Origin: a virus | Virus record (IMG/VR): IMGVR_UViG_3300042542_004852 | DNA: 64,000 bases | Direction: 5' to 3' (one strand) | Shown here: positions 9,196 through 17,356 of the stretch, piece after piece | Numbering within the stretch: position 1 is the first letter of the stretch | Layout: every line of letters starts with the position of its first letter | Made by a program: the position numbers and the translations under genes | Notes under the pieces: generated by a model | Database searches by the model: none | What the model saw: the letters and a program-made list of their open reading frames with translations, nothing else | Told to the model about the DNA's origin: nothing

Positions 9196-9354
9196 TTATT
9201 CATAATTTATTAATTCGGGATTTTGTTCCAATACTCTCGATACAAGATATACGCATTCTTGTGCGGTAAAATGTGTTTTCCAATCGCATTCATCAAGAAT
9301 TTTATCTATTTCTTGAACATAGAGTCTGTGTAGTTCTTCTTTATTGATTTTCAT
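9196..9354 (-). CDS. hypothetical protein (52 aa, not in ORF track)
   Basis: MKINKEELHRLYVQEIDKILDECDWKTHF...; ATGA overlap with upstream gene. Confidence 0.6.
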   Translation of the reverse strand: MKINKEELHRLYVQEIDKILDECDWKTHFTAQECVYLVSRVLEQNPELINYE

Positions 9355-9935
9355 GTCCACATGTATTCGCGATAGTCAATCATTTGCTTGAGAATATTAG
9401 AGTCAGTTTCGCTAATGAGTTTCTCCATTTTATTAAGCTCTCCATAGAGTTCTTCATAGGATTTGCTTTTTTGAAGGTCTGTAAGAGGATGCGAAGGATG
9501 AAGAGTATTTGCTTGCGATTCACAGTTTGGTTTACCAACAGTAATCCAATGAGCGGAAGAATCAAGCCAGTTCTTGAATTGGCGATGTTGTGGCGTTCCA
9601 TCCCAATTAACAAAAGACTCATCAGCCTCTTTTTTAAAACTAAGAATCATCGCAAAATTAACATCAACAACAAGACTACTAATGTCAGCCCAAGTGCGGG
9701 GAATTGCTTTACGAATTTCTTGATGCTTAGGAAAGAAGAAGCATTGAATCTTATATTTGAAATCTTCGATTCTGCGCCACATGATGCTAAAATACAGGCG
9801 AACATCCTCTCGAAAGAAGTATTGGATTGGATAATCTTTCTTTGTTTGCTTTTCCCAAGCGATCCAGCCTACAGTGTCATCGCGTGGATTCCATTCGAGG
9901 CTGCGGGGCTTTTTATACCAGAGGTCTTTATTCAT
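9351..9935 (-). CDS. hypothetical protein
   Basis: 194-aa ORF directly behind a promoter. Confidence 0.7.
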   Translation of the reverse strand: MNKDLWYKKPRSLEWNPRDDTVGWIAWEKQTKKDYPIQYFFREDVRLYFSIMWRRIEDFKYKIQCFFFPKHQEIRKAIPRTWADISSLVVDVNFAMILSFKKEADESFVNWDGTPQHRQFKNWLDSSAHWITVGKPNCESQANTLHPSHPLTDLQKSKSYEELYGELNKMEKLISETDSNILKQMIDYREYMWT

Positions 9936-9941
9936 ATTTGA

Positions 9942-9969
9942 ATTATGCAGAGATTTTTTCCTTTGTCAA
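9942..9969 (-). promoter_or_regulatory. sigma70-type promoter, leaderless
   Basis: TTGACA-N16-CATAAT-N6-ATG. Confidence 0.65.
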
Positions 9970-10857
9970 CTCGCGAATGCGAAAAATAGCTTGGCATTTA
10001 TGTTTAAGCTCTACATCAAAATAAACATTTCGGCCATAGTTGTTAGGAATTGAAACTGGCATGTCAGCATGCTTGCGAGTGCCGTCAATGCCCTCGCTGT
10101 AATGGAAGATGGGTGCAACAGGCCAAGTGTCATAAGCAAGATTGAAGGCTTCTTCGGCACTCAAGTCGTCATGCAAAATACTATGATGCAATGAATCATA
10201 AGTGACAGGAATCTTGCGCGAATTATAAAAGTACTTGATAAGATTCTTGATGCCCCAAACACCTTTGGCATTGTCATTGTTTTCTAGCACAAGACGTTGA
10301 CGGATATTGTCGGGAAGAGAATCATAAACACTCAAAACTTTATCAGCGAGTTTTTGAGGCTCTGATGTTTCCTGTCTTACATGTATGTTAAGAGGTGAAC
10401 GATAGTCTTGCGGCAAATCAAGCAGGTCAAAAATCTCTGCATGCTGCTGTAGGTCAAGAATGCTGTTGTTGATGCAGTCTTGATTGCTGGAAGATAGCGT
10501 AATGTATTCGCTTGGGTGCGCTGACAAACGAATCGGATGAGAAGAGAGCAACTGCTTGATTGAATTGCATACAGCAACAATGCCTGCATAATTGGGCAAG
10601 TCTGCAATGCGAAGCAGCACATCTTTGTGCGTTAGAACTGGAGCAAGAGAAGACGAGAGACGATAGCCTTGAATATTATTCAGTTGGCAAAAACGAATAG
10701 TATTGAGTGTCATCTTGAAATTATGCAAGATTCGCTCGGAAAGCTCTTGTATAGCAACATTACGAGGCAGCTTGGCAAACTGCGTGTAAGTCATGGAGCG
10801 AAAATTCTGCCCGTTGTCAGACAGTGTTTTTGAGATGCAGCAAAGTGATAGGTTCAT
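9943..10857 (-). CDS. uvsE: UV damage endonuclease
   Basis: LCCI, YRLSS, RLSAHP, LVLEN, DSLHH, HYSE, KHAD, DVELKHK. Confidence 0.92.
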   Translation of the reverse strand: MNLSLCCISKTLSDNGQNFRSMTYTQFAKLPRNVAIQELSERILHNFKMTLNTIRFCQLNNIQGYRLSSSLAPVLTHKDVLLRIADLPNYAGIVAVCNSIKQLLSSHPIRLSAHPSEYITLSSSNQDCINNSILDLQQHAEIFDLLDLPQDYRSPLNIHVRQETSEPQKLADKVLSVYDSLPDNIRQRLVLENNDNAKGVWGIKNLIKYFYNSRKIPVTYDSLHHSILHDDLSAEEAFNLAYDTWPVAPIFHYSEGIDGTRKHADMPVSIPNNYGRNVYFDVELKHKCQAIFRIRELTKEKISA

Positions 10858-10862
10858 GGTTT

Positions 10863-10896
10863 ACAATACCACTCTGCTGCTCCTTGTCAAGACAAG
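10863..10896 (-). promoter_or_regulatory. sigma70-type promoter with palindrome over the -35 box
   Basis: TTGACA-N16-TATTGT-N5-ATG; CTTGTC-AA-GACAAG at 10883-10896. Confidence 0.6.
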
Positions 10897-10898
10897 AT

Positions 10899-11486
10899 TT
10901 AATAATTGGGCTGCGAGCAAAGAATATGATTAATTTCTTCTTTGATTTTTTTAATAATTCTATGTTTGGCAATATAAATAGCGCTAGAATTGATCTTGTA
11001 TTTAAGCATTAGATTTTCATTTTTTAAATCATTAAAGTACAAATCATTAAAAATCATATAGTCTTTGCTTTTATGATCTCTGCCTAGATTTTCAAAAGCT
11101 TGCATGAGAAGCTCTCTCTGATAAGATTTTTCTTGCGAAGCAAGAAAATCTTGTTTTTCATCAGGATGCATTTCCATCAAAAGATCATCGCCGCTGGTGA
11201 TTCGCTTGTTTTTCCTTTGATTGCGACGAATAATATCCACCATGCGCCACTTGGCGAATGTTGTTACCCAAGAATGAATCTTGCCTTTGGCAGAGTCGAA
11301 CTTGTTTTCTTTGAAGTAGCTTGCCATTGAAACAAACACTTCTTGCACAACGTCATCAACGTCCTGTGAAGGCAGCTTATAGGAGTAAGCTAATGATCTT
11401 AGATACTCATTAAATTGAGTAAAAAAATCATTCCAACCTTGGCTGTTCCCCCAATCGGAAAGCTCTTGTTCTTTGAATTCGCTCAT
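10899..11486 (-). CDS. ECF-type RNA polymerase sigma factor
   Basis: DVDDVVQEVF, FDSAKGK..SW, RMVDIIRR (sigma2); SAIYIAKHRI (sigma4). Confidence 0.85.
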   Translation of the reverse strand: MSEFKEQELSDWGNSQGWNDFFTQFNEYLRSLAYSYKLPSQDVDDVVQEVFVSMASYFKENKFDSAKGKIHSWVTTFAKWRMVDIIRRNQRKNKRITSGDDLLMEMHPDEKQDFLASQEKSYQRELLMQAFENLGRDHKSKDYMIFNDLYFNDLKNENLMLKYKINSSAIYIAKHRIIKKIKEEINHILCSQPNY

Positions 11487-11719
11487 TGATTGGAATTGTG
11501 TGGTCTAAATTTAGAAATCTCGTCTTGAAGAACAGAGTATTTTTTGTGAGAATGCCAGATTTCTGTGACATCTCCACTGATGTATTTGCCTTCTGTTGTA
11601 ATCACAACAGACTTTGGGGGCAAAAATAATTCTGGAGGTTGCTGATTAAATTCCCTATCGGGAATGGGTTTTGTCTGGCAACAGCCACAAGCAAGTAGAA
11701 TAATAGTTAACTTTTTCAT
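11483..11719 (-). CDS. putative lipoprotein (possible o-spanin)
   Basis: MKKLTIILLACGC lipobox-like N-terminus; Pro-rich. Confidence 0.5.
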   Translation of the reverse strand: MKKLTIILLACGCCQTKPIPDREFNQQPPELFLPPKSVVITTEGKYISGDVTEIWHSHKKYSVLQDEISKFRPHNSNQ

Positions 11720-11964
11720 TTTTTGAAATCTGTTAAGAAAGAGTGCATTTTTTGCTGCTCTTCAATAATTTCTTCGTTTAGGTTGTCAGCTTTCTTTTGA
11801 GCTTGCGAGTTTGGAATATTTCTTACCTTGTCTCTCTCGCTTGAGAGCTTATCAATTCTAGAGTCAAACTTCTCTAGAACATCAAAAAGAAAAGATTTAT
11901 TACGCAGCTTGAGGTATTCGACCCCAAGCTGCAATAACAAAGGAATTGCATCCAGTATTTTCAC
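11716..11964 (-). CDS. hypothetical protein, hydrophobic N-terminus plus coiled coil
   Basis: ORF overlapping the lipoprotein gene by 4 nt. Confidence 0.55.
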   Translation of the reverse strand: MKILDAIPLLLQLGVEYLKLRNKSFLFDVLEKFDSRIDKLSSERDKVRNIPNSQAQKKADNLNEEIIEEQQKMHSFLTDFKK

Positions 11965-12158
11965 AAGTGCTTTTTAAGCGCGTTAAAAATAGTCTTTTCC
12001 TCTTGACCAGCCTCACACTCACAGATGTAGCCGCCAATGTGCTTAGCGCAATCCATAGCCCAAACATACGCATCAGTGAAATACTGATCGTAGGAAGCTT
12101 GATGCTCGCCTTTTTGATTATAAACTGAATACCACTTAATACCTGATTTCTTTTGCAT
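11961..12158 (-). CDS. hypothetical protein
   Basis: ORF in operon. Confidence 0.6.
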   Translation of the reverse strand: MQKKSGIKWYSVYNQKGEHQASYDQYFTDAYVWAMDCAKHIGGYICECEAGQEEKTIFNALKKHL

Positions 12159-12169
12159 GTTATTGTTCG

Positions 12170-12421
12170 TTATTGCTTGTTGCTTGTGCTCATTTTGATA
12201 AGGGAATCGTGAATCATGTGACGAGTTTCCCAGTCAATGATGCGTTCATTCTCGTCTTTTGGTAGCTCGGAAGTTACCTGCTCCAAGTTCAAGCCAAATG
12301 CTGAACAGAGAGCTTTGATCTTTCGAAGAACGCCGATTTCCTTATACTTTAAGACTGCCCAACAGAGGTCAATCTGTTCTGGCTTGCTTTTTTCAATTGC
12401 CTTGGCAAGAGTATTGCTCAT
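12170..12421 (-). CDS. hypothetical protein
   Basis: ORF downstream of a promoter. Confidence 0.65.
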   Translation of the reverse strand: MSNTLAKAIEKSKPEQIDLCWAVLKYKEIGVLRKIKALCSAFGLNLEQVTSELPKDENERIIDWETRHMIHDSLIKMSTSNKQ

Positions 12422-12470
12422 AGGGATTTTTTTATTTATTTGTTTTTGTTTGTGTTTACTGTGGTGCTTA

Positions 12471-13394
12471 TTATTCTACAATAGTAAGGATTTTTGTCAA
12501 GGCTTCTTTTGATTCTTCTAGCGCTTTTTCTTTCCAACTGTTTAGACAATAGCTTTTAATTTCAGAAAGAAGGAACTGGGTTTTCCCAACTAATTCTTTT
12601 TCATTATCAATGATGCAATAAGAAGGTATGTCATAACCAGACATGGAAATGGTATTTTTACAGCTATAGTCGAATAGAGTAAGAACATTATAATTGAGAG
12701 CTTCGTAGAATCGGTTAGCCAAACCATTATAGTTGTGGTGGTTAATTTCATCCTCAATGTAGAGGCTAGTCTGGAAATTAGAGAGTCCTTCTTTTGACCA
12801 GTTGATGCGGTCAATAAATGGCCCGCTGACTCCAATTGTGTTAAATTTTTCACGATTTTTTTGATGTGTTGAAACGGTTACTTTGCCCTTTAAGTATTTA
12901 CGAAAGGACGGTTCACGATTTTTACGAAAAGAACCGTAATAAATGCAACCTTGCTTTTCGGCAATTGTTTCTTTTGGATTGAAAATCAAAGAGTTAAGAT
13001 TGACAAAATTCCAACCATTCAAGTATTTTTCAACGATTTTTGAAATACTTGGCCCATGATTAGAGATAACCTCATAGCGGCGACCTTCTTTAATTCCAAT
13101 CCAGAGTGCTCTTGGTTCTCCTAAATTATATTCGTTAGAAATATAAAAGATTTTTGCTTCTGGGCTAGCCTTTAGCCAAGCATAGTCAACATAAGAGTAG
13201 TGACTTGCATGATTGAAGATGATTCGATCATAGCCACTTTTAATGCTGTCATTAACTGTTGGGTAGCTCCAGATGAGGTCTGCCTCATGACCACTTTGAA
13301 TCAAGAAGTCTTTGATCTTTTTGGCGTTTAACCAGTGCAAGTTTTGAGGTTCTTTTATTGAACCCTTGTGAGAATCAATGATTAAGTATTTCAT
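12471..13394 (-). CDS. GT-B glycosyltransferase resembling T4 DNA beta-glucosyltransferase
   Basis: IYYGSFRKNRE and LYIED..HNYNGLANRFYEAL..LTLFD parallel T4 BGT IYGGSFRSGQRE and LIIGD..NFITLRVWETM..VMLID (recalled). Confidence 0.65.
   Translation of the reverse strand: MKYLIIDSHKGSIKEPQNLHWLNAKKIKDFLIQSGHEADLIWSYPTVNDSIKSGYDRIIFNHASHYSYVDYAWLKASPEAKIFYISNEYNLGEPRALWIGIKEGRRYEVISNHGPSISKIVEKYLNGWNFVNLNSLIFNPKETIAEKQGCIYYGSFRKNREPSFRKYLKGKVTVSTHQKNREKFNTIGVSGPFIDRINWSKEGLSNFQTSLYIEDEINHHNYNGLANRFYEALNYNVLTLFDYSCKNTISMSGYDIPSYCIIDNEKELVGKTQFLLSEIKSYCLNSWKEKALEESKEALTKILTIVE
12473..12500 (-). promoter_or_regulatory. sigma70-type promoter
   Basis: TTGACA-N16-TAGAAT. Confidence 0.65.
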
Positions 13395-13639
13395 TGAGGA
13401 AAGAATTCAATTGCCAAACGGCCCAAAGAATCATCAATGTGAGCATAGCCTTCAATGATAAAGCGATCCTCAATCAAGAGCGTCTTGTAAATTTCAAATG
13501 GAAATTCTCCGCGATCAGGAACTTTCACATAATGCAGGGTGTTTCCATCAAAAGAGATGCTGCAATTTTCGAATTCTTTTTCCATCCAATCCAAGTGGGA
13601 TTTGTTGTTTGCCCCAATTATTTTAATTTTTCCAGTCAT
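13391..13639 (-). CDS. hypothetical protein
   Basis: ORF in operon. Confidence 0.6.
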   Translation of the reverse strand: MTGKIKIIGANNKSHLDWMEKEFENCSISFDGNTLHYVKVPDRGEFPFEIYKTLLIEDRFIIEGYAHIDDSLGRLAIEFFPQ

Positions 13640-13647
13640 TTATTATT

Positions 13648-14313
13648 TTAATATAGATATTTGAAAGTGTCAATGTCTTTTTCAAAAATTTTTTCAATTA
13701 TCTTTTTCGTGTTCGAATTGTAATAATCTTTATAATTTGATCTTTTGCTTGAGTTTTCGTGAGGAATATCTGAACTAATATGCCCGATTTCACAAGCATC
13801 TAGCATTTCTTTAAAATCATTTTTAAGATTTTCAAAACGCAAAATAAAGTTTGGCTGAAATACTCCGTTGAGCCATTCAACTTGTTGATGAATGCCAATA
13901 AAGTCTTTTGTGTTATTCGCATGATTTTCTTCCATAATTTCGCAAAAATCTTCAAAAGAAATATCGCTAGAATGATTGTATAAATCTCCAAGCTCATTTT
14001 CTTTGGCAAATTGAAACATGGACACTGCTCGATCAAAAGGATTTCTCACAACAGCAAATGACATATAATTTTTAACTAAATTGCCAAAAATACCATAAAT
14101 TTCATTTGGTTTGGCATGCGTTGGAGAAAAGCGTTTTTTATAAAGTTTATTTCTAAATAGAGCGTCATTAAAAAATTTTTCATGCTTCTTGATTAAGTTA
14201 AAATCACCAAGATGAGAATAAATGGAAGTGCTTGCGTTTTTAGGAATACGAATAAAAATTACGCTCCAAATCCATTTATGACTACATGGAGTAAACTCTA
14301 GCATTTTGGCCAA
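13648..14313 (-). CDS. sulfotransferase family 2 protein
   Basis: FIRIPKNASTSI (5'-PSB), FAVVRNPFDRAVS (3'-PB), RFENL. Confidence 0.88.
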   Translation of the reverse strand: MAKMLEFTPCSHKWIWSVIFIRIPKNASTSIYSHLGDFNLIKKHEKFFNDALFRNKLYKKRFSPTHAKPNEIYGIFGNLVKNYMSFAVVRNPFDRAVSMFQFAKENELGDLYNHSSDISFEDFCEIMEENHANNTKDFIGIHQQVEWLNGVFQPNFILRFENLKNDFKEMLDACEIGHISSDIPHENSSKRSNYKDYYNSNTKKIIEKIFEKDIDTFKYLY

Positions 14314-14816
14314 ACTTTAAATTTTAAGTTATCAAAAATATCAGAGAACTTGATGATTGAAATCTCGTCTTTGCGATCCTTGCGTTGATATATCTTATAG
14401 AGAGCGTTTTTTGACGAATCTACACGGTTATTTTGGTCAACTAACTTGAGGCAAAGCTTCCATAGGGCAGAGCGATTAACCATGATAAAATCATTCTCTC
14501 TTTCAAAAGCAATGAATTCTGCGGCCCCAATTAACCATCCAGCATTGCCTGCGACATTTAAAAACTCAACCCAAATTAAATCATCGCTTGTCTCAGAATC
14601 ACTTCTTTTGATTTTTTTTCTAGCTTTGATGTCTATTGAGTAAATTGGATAGCCCTCTTTTGAGAGGAAGACATCAATGTGAGAGAGTTGCTGCTTACGA
14701 TCTGCTTTGACAGCTTTCCAACCTTGTTTTTCCGCGATTGAAATAAATAGAGTTTCTGCATCATGCCCTTTCTCAGAACACTCTCCTGTTCTGTCAAAGC
14801 GATTACGATATTTCAT
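14298..14816 (-). CDS. PD-(D/E)xK endonuclease-like protein
   Basis: AE..F, HIDV, IDIKARK, WVEF..V.G..GW. Confidence 0.7.
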   Translation of the reverse strand: MKYRNRFDRTGECSEKGHDAETLFISIAEKQGWKAVKADRKQQLSHIDVFLSKEGYPIYSIDIKARKKIKRSDSETSDDLIWVEFLNVAGNAGWLIGAAEFIAFERENDFIMVNRSALWKLCLKLVDQNNRVDSSKNALYKIYQRKDRKDEISIIKFSDIFDNLKFKVWPKC

Positions 14817-15333
14817 GAAATGTAAAATTATTAATTACGCTGAATTTAAATATGCGCTTTATTGCTAGCATAAATTTATCTTTCTTTTTTTCTCTTACAA
14901 CAGTTCCTATTATATAATTAATATTATATTCCTTTTTGATAAATTGAATTGAATCTCTAACAATTTTTTGAGCTAAAAAGATTTTATTTGGCAATGAAGC
15001 GCCAAAAGAAAGTTCGCGAATCTGTTCTTTTTTTTCTTCGATTAGGTTTTTAAAATTTTCTGGAATGTCGATATGCGAAAAATCAGAGCCAAACGCGACA
15101 AAGCCAGAAATTTCATTATTAACTACTGCATACATAATGATAGTATTTTTAGCTAGAAAGTCAAAATGTTTTTTCATTTCCTCAAACCTTCCAGAAAAAG
15201 TTATTTCTTTTGTTGGGAGAGGAACTGAACGCAATGAAAAGTCAACATATAGTTCATATAGCTGTTCGTAAATATGGCTTTCTCCTAAAAATTTGTGTAA
15301 TTTATAGTTTAAAGTATTATTATTTTTAACCAT
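14803..15333 (-). CDS. hypothetical protein (possible GNAT-like fold; start uncertain)
   Basis: MYAVVNNEISGFVAF strand pattern. Confidence 0.45.
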   Translation of the reverse strand: MVKNNNTLNYKLHKFLGESHIYEQLYELYVDFSLRSVPLPTKEITFSGRFEEMKKHFDFLAKNTIIMYAVVNNEISGFVAFGSDFSHIDIPENFKNLIEEKKEQIRELSFGASLPNKIFLAQKIVRDSIQFIKKEYNINYIIGTVVREKKKDKFMLAIKRIFKFSVINNFTFHEIS

Positions 15334-16351
15334 GCCAATTAACAATAAAGTTTCGAAAGATTTAATTGATTTGGAACCAACAGCAATCTTGGAGTTTTAT
15401 AGACTCTATTATGATACGTTAAATGAACCAGATTCATACTTGCCTTTTCATCCTTGTTCAAACGGATTGACTGCAAACATTATTCTTAATGGAATAGGAT
15501 ATTTGCCAATTGCTGTTGAAGTTGAAGATTTTGAGACAAACATTTTTAATAGGTTATCTCGTCCAAAAATAAGAATCAGTAATAATAATTTAGTAGTAAG
15601 TAGTGTTTTGCGTAGAAAAAATGATTTTAGAAATGCAAAAATAGAGAGAATCAAAATTTTCATTAAATATATTGATGATATTAATTTTGAAGGAGCCGTT
15701 AATCCATTTGGCGTTGCCGATCCAACTGCTGAAATTTCACGCGATTTATATATTATCTCTCAAAAACTACAAGAGAATAAGTCTTTGGTAGAGTTTGAGT
15801 TAACAGCGCCATTTGATTTAGAAAATTTCTTCATCCCTGGAAGGTTAGTTTTGGGCAGATATTGTTATTGGCAATACAGAGGAATAGGATGTAATTATTT
15901 TGGGCCTCCCGTCTCTCAAGAAAATGACGCTCAATTTACTTACATACCAACTGGCGAGTTTGATTTTCAAAGCTCATTAAATGAATGGCAATACGGAAAA
16001 TACTATTTCCCTGGTGCAATTGTTTTTATTAATACTGATAAAGACCCGTTTAGAACATGGTATATTTGTACAAGTCCTCATTTAGCGTCAGAAAATAATG
16101 CGCCAAATTTAGATGACGCTCCTTGGCAAAAAGATGGATGTGCAAAAACAATAGGAGCTTGTCGTAAAAGATTTGCTAATTCTTCCATTAATTATAGTGG
16201 AATTAGAGGCTCTTTTTTAAACCAAACCAGTCAAGTTCAAAATATTGTCCCAAGCACCATTAATGGTGACCCAGCTTCTTACTACTTACCATTTGGAGGA
16301 TTTCCAGCAACAGATAAATACGATTATGGACAAACATTCTTTAAAAAGTAA
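15332..16351 (+). CDS. minor tail protein L (lambda gpL-like)
   Basis: VEFEL.APFD, CYWQYRGIGC.Y, DGCAKT..CRKRF, LPFGGFP. Confidence 0.92.
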   Translation: MPINNKVSKDLIDLEPTAILEFYRLYYDTLNEPDSYLPFHPCSNGLTANIILNGIGYLPIAVEVEDFETNIFNRLSRPKIRISNNNLVVSSVLRRKNDFRNAKIERIKIFIKYIDDINFEGAVNPFGVADPTAEISRDLYIISQKLQENKSLVEFELTAPFDLENFFIPGRLVLGRYCYWQYRGIGCNYFGPPVSQENDAQFTYIPTGEFDFQSSLNEWQYGKYYFPGAIVFINTDKDPFRTWYICTSPHLASENNAPNLDDAPWQKDGCAKTIGACRKRFANSSINYSGIRGSFLNQTSQVQNIVPSTINGDPASYYLPFGGFPATDKYDYGQTFFKK

Positions 16352-16730
16352 AGACTTAAATGAAATTTTAAATTTCTTAAAGCAAATTTGCCAAAGATAT
16401 TTTCATATTGAGTGCTGTGCAATTATTGGAAAAAATAAAAATTATTTTGTAGCTGAGTTTATGCAAAATAGATCGCCAGAACCAAATAGTTTTTTTTGTG
16501 TCGATCCAATAGATTTTTTGAGATTTCAAAATCAAAATGAATTGATATGTATTTTTCATTCGCATCAAGAAGGAGATGAAAGCTTTTCTGATTTGGATAT
16601 TGCTAATGCAGAAGCTCTTTGTGTGCCCTCAATGGTTTATTCTTTAAAAACTGATAAATTCGCTTTTTACGAGCCAAAAGAGTGCGAAGTAAATGTAAAG
16701 ATACTAAAGAAGGTTAAAAAATATTTATGA
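16326..16730 (+). CDS. tail assembly protein K (JAB/MPN domain only)
   Basis: ECCAII and FHSH...FSDLD JAMM motif; lies between L and I. Confidence 0.85.
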   Translation: MDKHSLKSKDLNEILNFLKQICQRYFHIECCAIIGKNKNYFVAEFMQNRSPEPNSFFCVDPIDFLRFQNQNELICIFHSHQEGDESFSDLDIANAEALCVPSMVYSLKTDKFAFYEPKECEVNVKILKKVKKYL

Positions 16731-17350
16731 CAGAAGTGCATTTACATGGAATCTTAGGCAAGAAATATGGAAAGTTCCATAAATTTGTAATTAAAGAACC
16801 GAAAGATTTATTGCGTGCATTTGAAGCTAATTATGAAAACTTTGGTAAAGATGTTAAAGATTTATTAAATAAAAAAATTGTTTATACTATTGTAGCTGAC
16901 AATTGTTGGCTAAAAAACCAAAATATTTTTTTCGAAAAGAAAATCAAGAAGATAGATTTTATGCCAGTAATTATTGGAAGTGGCTTGGGGACAGCTATAG
17001 CTATAGTTAGCTTGGTTGTTTCAATTGCTTTTGCAGTTTATTCATATATTCAAGCTTCCAAACAGCAATATCCATCCATACCTGGAGCAGAAGCAACTTC
17101 ATCAGCTTCTAATAAATCTTTAGCATTTAGTAATCGAGAAAACATCACTGAACAAGGAAACCCAGTTCCTCTTGCTTATGGAAGACTGAGGGTAGGATCG
17201 TATGTTATTCAAAATACTGTTAAAAGTTTCCCTCTTTCGCTCACTCTTACAGACGAATTTATTAATTCAACAAATAAAAAATCCAACAATCAAACCGCAG
17301 TTATTGATGCCACAGAATCTAATTTGGCATCTGTCACTACAACTAGCTAA
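16727..17350 (+). CDS. tail assembly protein I (lambda gpI-like)
   Basis: VHLHGILGKKYG and QGNPVPLAYGRLRVGS. Confidence 0.9.
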   Translation: MTEVHLHGILGKKYGKFHKFVIKEPKDLLRAFEANYENFGKDVKDLLNKKIVYTIVADNCWLKNQNIFFEKKIKKIDFMPVIIGSGLGTAIAIVSLVVSIAFAVYSYIQASKQQYPSIPGAEATSSASNKSLAFSNRENITEQGNPVPLAYGRLRVGSYVIQNTVKSFPLSLTLTDEFINSTNKKSNNQTAVIDATESNLASVTTTS

Positions 17351-17356
17351 TATTGC

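Noticed and set aside
9384-9941. 185-aa plus-strand ORF and other long antisense ORFs (e.g. 3770-4189, 45710-46111, 47885-48454)
   Set aside because: They shadow well-supported genes on the opposite strand and have no motifs or expression signals.
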